A DNA stretch of 32,000 nucleotides from Microcystis aeruginosa NIES-843. GTDB lineage: Bacteria; Cyanobacteriota; Cyanobacteriia; Cyanobacteriales; Microcystaceae. The notes under the pieces were generated by a model that worked only from the letters and a program-made list of their open reading frames with translations, was not told the origin of the DNA and ran no database searches. Of the stretch, positions 26,418 to 32,000 are shown in pieces. Location of the stretch: NCBI RefSeq assembly GCF_000010625.1, contig NC_010296.1, positions 3,120,001 to 3,152,000 of the forward strand, written 5' to 3'. The number at the start of each line of letters is the position of its first letter. Positions within the stretch are counted from its first letter, which is position 1. The translations under genes were made by a program, and so were the position numbers.

Positions 26418-26632
26418 TATATTTATCAAATGAGGTCTAGTGGCATCCGAGCAATTTTTATCCAAAAACCCTTTCCTGCTTTTGCGGTTATCGTTAGCGG
26501 TGGTGGTGCCATGATTCCAGTGTATAGCAAGGAAGGAAGACATTTAAGTCTCTTAGAAACAAAAAGATTAATTTTCCTGTTTCTCGCACCGCTGCTATTA
26601 AACAACTTTCTCACGCTGTCTATCTCCCAGTA
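26418..26632 (+). pseudogene. degenerate duplicate of the C5-methyltransferase 3' region
   Basis: Colinear with 22634-22870 (YQMRSSGIRAI.IQKPFP.FAV.VSGGGAMIPVYSKE.RHLSLLE). A deletion of about 22 bp removes the GFPDDYY-coding segment and shifts the frame. Confidence 0.8.
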
Positions 26633-26824
26633 ATCGGTACCCTGCCGATGGTTGTGAGTGTGATTATGAGGAATCCTCCGAAAAGTGTATTTAAAAATAT
26701 TAAATAATTTTCCATGATGATGAGATAAAACCGACATCATTCCTAACAAACATTTTGCCCCATGATATCGGGAGAACCTTACATGACAAGGGAGTAGAGT
26801 GGAGTTCTCTCCTGTTGACTCTGA

Positions 26825-27136
26825 TCACGCTAAAATCCTGTAGCCACCTTGCCACCTTGCATTAAACTCTTGTTTACTGATCCGGCTATATTCACCCTTA
26901 TGTTCCTTATATTGTGATGTTAAGGTACCCCAAGGGTCGTGGGCTATCCAGTCTTCAGCTTTTTGGTCAATCAGCATAATAATATGGCCACCAGAAGGAT
27001 TTGTGATCGGACCTTTATGCAATATGTTCACCACAACAGGAAAACCAGCCTCTACCAAGTCCTCAACAAAGGGTGTATCCCTATCAGTCATCCATTTAGT
27101 ATTGAAGCCGTACTGCTTTATCGCCTTGGTCTGAAC
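26825..27136 (-). pseudogene. 5'-truncated gene, possibly C39/papain-like peptidase C-terminal fragment
   Basis: The frame is open from the IS4 boundary (…VQTKAIKQYGFNTKWMTDRD…GGHIIMLIDQKAEDWIAHDPWG…). No N-terminal part is in the window. The family guess is weak. Confidence 0.35.
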
Positions 27137-28723
27137 CTATCCATTAGTCACATCTTTCTTAACATAAAATTTGACAAAAAGAGAAAAGTGTGCCAGATGG
27201 CTCAAGGGGGTTCTATGGGGGAACTAATTTGATGCGATAGTTTCCAAGTCTGGCTGATATCATGTAACCTTCGCAGTCCCAACCAAATAGTTTTAACACC
27301 TGGTTCACCGTCGCCTTTTCTACCTAAAAACCCCCCAAGAGAAGCAATCATTCTGACTGCTTCCCTAAAGGAGGGCGGCTTTTCAGGTGGCGGACTCTTT
27401 TTCTGAATAGTGGCACACAAAGATTGCCATTCATGTTCTTCCAAAAAACTTTCACAACTCTCCTCTCCGTGTAAGCGTGCTTGATAGGTTAACCAAAGTA
27501 ATCTCCAAGCTACAATTGAATAGGTAGCTAAAGCCATCTCAATTCTCCGACCCGTTTCTAATTGCAGTTTTTCTAATCCACAACCACTTTTTAAAACAAA
27601 ATGATAGCGTTCTATTAACCAGCGATAACTATACCAGCGCACACAGGTTATCGCCGATTCAAAGCTACTAATGTCTAGGCTAGTTAAGAGGAGCCAACTG
27701 ATAGGATTAACTCCGGGACGCGGATTTTCTTCTTCAGCTAAAATTACCTGTAATTTGACCGGTTGACGAGGGTTCGCTTTCGAGTGATGCTTAGGTACTT
27801 GTATTTCAAAACTGGCAAATCTAACTGTTAGTTTAGCTAGTCTAGCCTCGTGATTAGGATTGCGTTTTACTTGCACATCTAGGCTACCACAGGCTTTTAT
27901 TTCTCTGATGGATTGATGTAAATATTTAGGCTCTGGATGCCCTGACTTTTGCTTGTCTTCGAGATAGTTAACTTTTCGGTTATGAGTTCCTCGGATTAAT
28001 AAATGAGAGTTAGGACTTCTTGATTGGGCAAATAAATCAAATATGTCTGCCTCACAATCTCCGATTGTTACTACTTGAATTTCTTCGGGTATTTGTTGTT
28101 GTGTTTCTGATAAAGAATCTAACCATCTTTGACTTTCTTTTTCTTGGGTTTCTCTTTTTTTGCGTTGCTTGGCAATCCCTAAATTCTTTTCTTCTCTTGC
28201 CCAGACCTATTGATTAATCAGTCCTAAAGGTATTCCTTGCGGTGACACTCCTAATGTGGTATGAACTTTGAGACCAAAGGATTTTTTATAATCTAGATAA
28301 CCCATTCCTTTTTTGGCTTTTTGCGTCGTAAAGTCTAAACTTGTTGTGTCTTGCACTGCCAAAACTATTGGATGTTCTTTGATTCTTTCTACTGTACTTT
28401 TGGCTTGGGCGGCAATTAGATCTGAGGGGTGAAAATAGGGGGAATTCCAAAAGTCGTAGGTGGCACTCGCTGCGGCTAGATTTCCCGAAGCTTGTGGCAC
28501 ACTTGTACTAGGTTGGCTGGCCAAGTTTTCTACGATACTGATTAACCTTTTCTTTCTTCTGGTGTCCCCTAGGTCTGCATACTGTAATTCTTGGGCTGCC
28601 CATTTCTCCATTTTTTTGCTTACCTCCACCTTAATTCCTTCTTTCAAAACTATACCTATCAATCGTTTCCCCTTTTTTTAAGTTTCTTCTCTTTTTGTTA
28701 AGAAAGATCCGACTAATGGATAG
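27137..28723 (-). mobile_element. IS4-family (Tn5/IS50-like) element
   Basis: Terminal inverted repeats are ctatccattagtcacatctttcttaaca (27137-) and the reverse complement of ctatccattagtcggatctttcttaaca (-28723). No matching target duplication is present. Confidence 0.8.
27202..28662 (-). pseudogene. IS4-family transposase inactivated by a single in-frame TAG
   Basis: Track ORFs 28207-28662 and 27202-27876 and the stretch between them are one continuous frame (…GLINQ*VWAREEKNLG…TIGDCEADIFDLF…SLDVQVKRNPNHE…). The only stop is TAG at 28206-28204. The N-terminus has the Tn5-like pattern (LGDTRRKKRL…ATYDFW). Confidence 0.85.
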
Positions 28724-28997
28724 CTTATCAAGGGGGGCAGGGGGGATCAAACCCCCCTTATCAAGGGAGATCCCCCCGCCTACCGGCACCCCCCTTATCA
28801 AGGGGGGCAGGGGGTATCGGCACCCCCCTTATCAAGGGGGGACTAAGGGGGTATCGGCACCCCCCTTATCAAGGGAGATCCCCCCGCCTACCGGCACCCC
28901 CCTTATTAAGGGAGATCCCCCCGCCTACCGGCACCCCCCTTATCAAGGGGGGCCGGGGGGATCGAACCTAAAATCCATTTTTAATTTAATTATAACC
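28724..28997 (+). repeat. tandem array of seven 33-37-bp hairpin-forming units plus conserved tail
   Basis: ttatYaagg cores start at 28725, 28758, 28795, 28829, 28866, 28903 and 28940. Each sits in ccccccTTATCAAgggggg-type palindromes. Two unit types alternate. Track ORF 28695-29021 is only a translation of this repeat. Confidence 0.85.
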
Positions 28998-29130
28998 AGC
29001 CATTTATTATCTCAAGAATAATCTCACAGATCGCTATCAATATCGCTGATTGCCTCTAATGATTACCAATCAGTTTAAGAGGTTGGAAGGGTTCTTTTTC
29101 AGACTCGATCTCCTCTAAAAAATATTACAA

Positions 29131-30480
29131 TCAATCGCTTTTGATATACGCTTTAAAAATAGATGATAATTGAAATCGGTTTTGCTCCCTTTGAATTAAA
29201 TAACGTTGTTGCAAGGATTGTAAACCATTGATTAAATCACTGGCGGATAAATCTAGGTTATTTTTTAACTCCTCTCTAGATAAAGGTTGATTAACTTTAC
29301 TTAATTCTAAGGCGATTTGTTGAGCAAGGGGAGAACAGCGACCAAAAATTTGTTTTAAATGAGACTGCATTTTTTTTGTAATAACTAAGCTATTTTCTGC
29401 CAAGAAATCGTTAACCTTGCCATCAAAAACATCTTTAATCAAAACGGCAATATCGGTTAAATAAAAAGGATTACCTTCGTATAATTGAATTAATTCTAAC
29501 CATCTTTCTTCATCTTGTAAACCTTTATTTTCAAGAAAATTAATCGCTTCAAATCCTGATAATTCTAAGCATTGAATAGGAGAACTTTCTTGATTAAGAT
29601 AGTTCATTTCTGCCGATTTTTCTTGACTAATGAGAATAAAATGGCTCTGGTGTTGGATTTCTGCGATCAGTTTTAAAAAATGTTGATAACTACTATATTC
29701 AGGTTGATAATTACCCGCCATTTGACCAACAGCAAAAAGATTTTGAAAATCATCTAAGACGATTAAACATTTATGATTGCTTAGAACTTCTAACAATTGC
29801 TGGATTTTATTATCGGTGCTTTCTTTCGGTTCTTTTTGGCAAGTATTCAATAAATCATTTAGCCATAAATCTAAAGACTTAGGAAATTTTAAACTTTTCC
29901 AAATCACCACTTCAAATTGTTCTAAATTGAGATCAATAAATCGTTTAACTAGGGTGGTTTTTCCTATTCCCCATAATCCCAAAACGGCAATTAAGCGAGT
30001 ATTTTGCTTAAACACCCAGTTCGAGACTGTTGCGAGTTCGTTTTCTCGATCGTAAAAATCAATAATTTGAGGAGCAAGGGTTAGATCATGATATTTTGAT
30101 TCAGATTGAGAGTTATTATTACTATTTAAGTCATTTTCGTTAGACAATCTTGTATTTTCTGTAGGACAAAGATTATTATTATTGCCATTAATACTATAAA
30201 TATTAGAATTTTTTAATGATTTAATATACACTCTTTCTAAGACAGAACGGGAAGTAGATTTTTTTATATCTTTTTCTAAAACCTCTGATAAAAGCTTCCA
30301 TAATTTAGCACCTTCCTCTCTAATATGAGTCTCACTGCGGTGATATTCGTTACCTATTTCTTGATAACTCTGTCCTTGCCAACTCCCTTCAAAAATAGCC
30401 TTCTGGATAGTATTTAGCGGCTTTTTATCTCGCTCAATAAGGCGTTCATCAATCAGTTGTAAGACTTCCGTGATATTCAT
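29131..30480 (-). CDS. STAND-class P-loop NTPase (N-terminal HTH-like domain + NB-ARC + winged helix), no repeat sensor domain
   Basis: Walker A is VLGLWGIGKTTLV and Walker B is CLIVLDDFQNLF. The N-terminal LNTIQKAIFEGSWQGQSYQEIGNEY…GAKLWKLLSEVL pattern is common at the N-termini of cyanobacterial NB-ARC/NACHT-WD40/TPR proteins. The C-terminal LSREEL…LQSLQQRYLI looks like a winged helix. Confidence 0.8.
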   Translation of the reverse strand: MNITEVLQLIDERLIERDKKPLNTIQKAIFEGSWQGQSYQEIGNEYHRSETHIREEGAKLWKLLSEVLEKDIKKSTSRSVLERVYIKSLKNSNIYSINGNNNNLCPTENTRLSNENDLNSNNNSQSESKYHDLTLAPQIIDFYDRENELATVSNWVFKQNTRLIAVLGLWGIGKTTLVKRFIDLNLEQFEVVIWKSLKFPKSLDLWLNDLLNTCQKEPKESTDNKIQQLLEVLSNHKCLIVLDDFQNLFAVGQMAGNYQPEYSSYQHFLKLIAEIQHQSHFILISQEKSAEMNYLNQESSPIQCLELSGFEAINFLENKGLQDEERWLELIQLYEGNPFYLTDIAVLIKDVFDGKVNDFLAENSLVITKKMQSHLKQIFGRCSPLAQQIALELSKVNQPLSREELKNNLDLSASDLINGLQSLQQRYLIQREQNRFQLSSIFKAYIKSD

Positions 30481-30726
30481 ACAATCGACACAGCAAAAGA
30501 CTTTTGGGTATTATAGCCCAACTAAATCCCACTTTTTCCAATTTTTAGAAAAATTTACCCGACAAAACTCCCGATAAAATCCGATGTTTAGGGATTGTCA
30601 CTTTTTGGAAGCGTTTGGCATGATGGAATGTAGTTAAGCAAAACAGACCTAAAACTAACCATATCTAACTCAGCGACGCTAGTTCTAAGTATTATTGCTT
30701 ATGTCTCAGTTTAACGTAGGTATTTT

Positions 30727-30912
30727 ATGACGAAGTTCGTTTTAGACAAATATGCGCTCGATTCTAAAAAATCAGAAGCTAAGGCAAAAATCGTCGGTTC
30801 ATTGGGTTCAAATGCCTCAATTTCAGGGGATCAGATAGAAGTACCCAGTTATGACGCGAGTAAAGTGGTTCAGATTTTAAGTCAAGTTGGTATCAAGTAT
30901 TCGGGGGGTTAA
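30727..30912 (+). CDS. hypothetical small protein (61 aa)
   Basis: ORF only, with no recognisable family and a weak RBS. It is divergent from the STAND gene and on the same strand as the downstream GTPase. Confidence 0.35.
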   Translation: MTKFVLDKYALDSKKSEAKAKIVGSLGSNASISGDQIEVPSYDASKVVQILSQVGIKYSGG

Positions 30913-30947
30913 TTTAGGCGACTGTTACCCTAACGCCTTATGTTTTT

Positions 30948-31134
30948 GGCTCTTCGGTTTGTGTTATGTAATAGACGGGAGTCATAAGGGATGAAAATCT
31001 TACAGAGAAAGACATTTTGCGATTTTTGTTAATCGTTTTTGATCTAGAACGAACTAATCAATTAAGTCTTTTGCCAGATAAAGATTTAGCCGATTTATGC
31101 CACCCGATCAAACCATACCAAGTAACGAAGAACC
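30948..31134 (+). mobile_element. ISL3-derived MITE, copy 2 (187 bp)
   Basis: Termini are ggctcttcgg… (30948) and …cgaagaacc (31134). The flanking tgttttt is repeated (30941-47 / 31135-41). It is the same length as copy 1 and colinear with it. Track ORF 31017-31226 lies inside it and is spurious. Confidence 0.85.
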
Positions 31135-31164
31135 TGTTTTTTGTACTAAATTTTTATCAATACT

Positions 31165-32000
31165 ATGTCATTCCAGCAATCAAACATATCTTCCGCCCAA
31201 GAAAAAGAAATCAGGGAACGCATTGATGCCGAGCGGAATAAACCTCTGGTTGTAGTCGTAATGGGACAAACTGGAGTCGGTAAGTCTTCCCTTATCAACG
31301 CCTTGTTTGGAACAAAGCTCAAGACCAATGACGTACAGCCAGAAACAAAGTCCCCAGAGAAGCATATTGAAAAAGGTTCTGATCACTCTGAGTTATGGTT
31401 CTGGGATATGCCTGGAATTGGGGAATCTTCTTCTGCTGATAGTGGATACTTGAATGACTATCGCCAAAAAATTCTGGAGGCAGATGTTGCTTTATGGCTT
31501 TGTCATGCAGACAGTCGCTCAGTAACGTTTGATGTTGAAGCGATACATAAAATTCTTGAGGGTTTAACAGATGGCGAGAAATCTCTGATTCTTAGTAAAC
31601 TCACTTTTGTTCTTAGTAAGGCTGATTTGATCACACCAGAGCCTTGGATTTTATATCGCTCAGGCAATGAAGTTGTATTTGATACAACTGAAAAAACTGA
31701 AAAATTACTGAATGCAAAAGCTGCATATTTCAAAGAAGCATTGCTAACACCGCATAGTAAAAATTTCGTTTCCAAAACATTTCATGATGGAACATTTCAG
31801 CTACGATTGTCACATTTAACTTATGACAAGAATTTTACCTATTATTCGGGAATAATGACTGTATCACATCTTAGAAAGTTACAAGAAGAGTATCCAAATT
31901 ATTCTGATGTATTTAAGAGACTCTATCACAACTCAGAAGTAATCTACTGCTCTTCTCGCTTCAAATATAATCTTGCAAAACTAATGCAAGTGATCGTTGA
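31165..32000 (+). CDS. TRAFAC-class GTPase (YfjP/YeeP / MMR_HSR1-like), 3' end beyond the window
   Basis: My own translation from the ATG at 31165 has no stop through 32000 (278 codons). G1 is GQTGVGKSSLINALFG, G3 is WDMPGIGE and G4 is LSKAD. It is absent from the supplied ORF track because it has no stop in the window. Antisense track ORFs 31146-31328, 31180-31386 and 31503-31775 are shadows of it. Confidence 0.8.
   Translation, partial: MSFQQSNISSAQEKEIRERIDAERNKPLVVVVMGQTGVGKSSLINALFGTKLKTNDVQPETKSPEKHIEKGSDHSELWFWDMPGIGESSSADSGYLNDYRQKILEADVALWLCHADSRSVTFDVEAIHKILEGLTDGEKSLILSKLTFVLSKADLITPEPWILYRSGNEVVFDTTEKTEKLLNAKAAYFKEALLTPHSKNFVSKTFHDGTFQLRLSHLTYDKNFTYYSGIMTVSHLRKLQEEYPNYSDVFKRLYHNSEVIYCSSRFKYNLAKLMQVIV

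Noticed and set aside
26426-26749. 107-aa minus-strand ORF with a His-rich start (SHHHGKLF…PHNHTHNH)
   Set aside because: Most of it is antisense to the methyltransferase fragment. The His-rich 40 codons could be a remnant of something, but I cannot assign it.
28695-29021. A 108-aa ORF (PLSREIPPPTGTPLIKGG…) and a possible CRISPR-like array
   Set aside because: The ORF is just the translation of the tandem hairpin repeat. The array has contiguous 33-37-bp units of two alternating types with no unique spacers and no cas genes nearby, so it is not CRISPR.

Overview
The window looks like a cyanobacterial accessory or plasticity region. HIP1 GCGATCGC sites, a desB desaturase, a PEP-CTERM protein and a very high IS/MITE load suggest something Microcystis-like; this is an inference, as no search was run. 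At least nine insertion-sequence copies or fragments from eight families and several non-autonomous elements occupy roughly 45% of the sequence. They include a four-level nested insertion (3.6-9.7 kb) whose order can be reconstructed from exact target-site duplications. Ordinary genes are few: two zinc-ribbon paralogues, a ferrochelatase-family protein with a His-rich tail, tRNA-Arg(UCU), a PEP-CTERM protein and desB. Downstream of the tRNA, seven two-gene toxin-antitoxin-type modules lie between 11.4 and 19.7 kb. Three of them abut copies of an unexplained conserved repeat of about 110-155 bp. A type II restriction-modification locus keeps an intact C5 methyltransferase. Its HNH endonuclease gene can be read in one frame across a MITE, an IS630 copy that itself carries an ISKra4 insertion, and one TGA codon. 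The best candidate for an uncharacterised system is at the right edge. A sensor-less STAND (HTH / NB-ARC / winged-helix) NTPase is divergent from a small ORF and a TRAFAC-type GTPase. The GTPase frame runs off the window and is therefore missing from the supplied ORF track. All family names come from motif recognition by eye. No database search, folding or statistics could be run.
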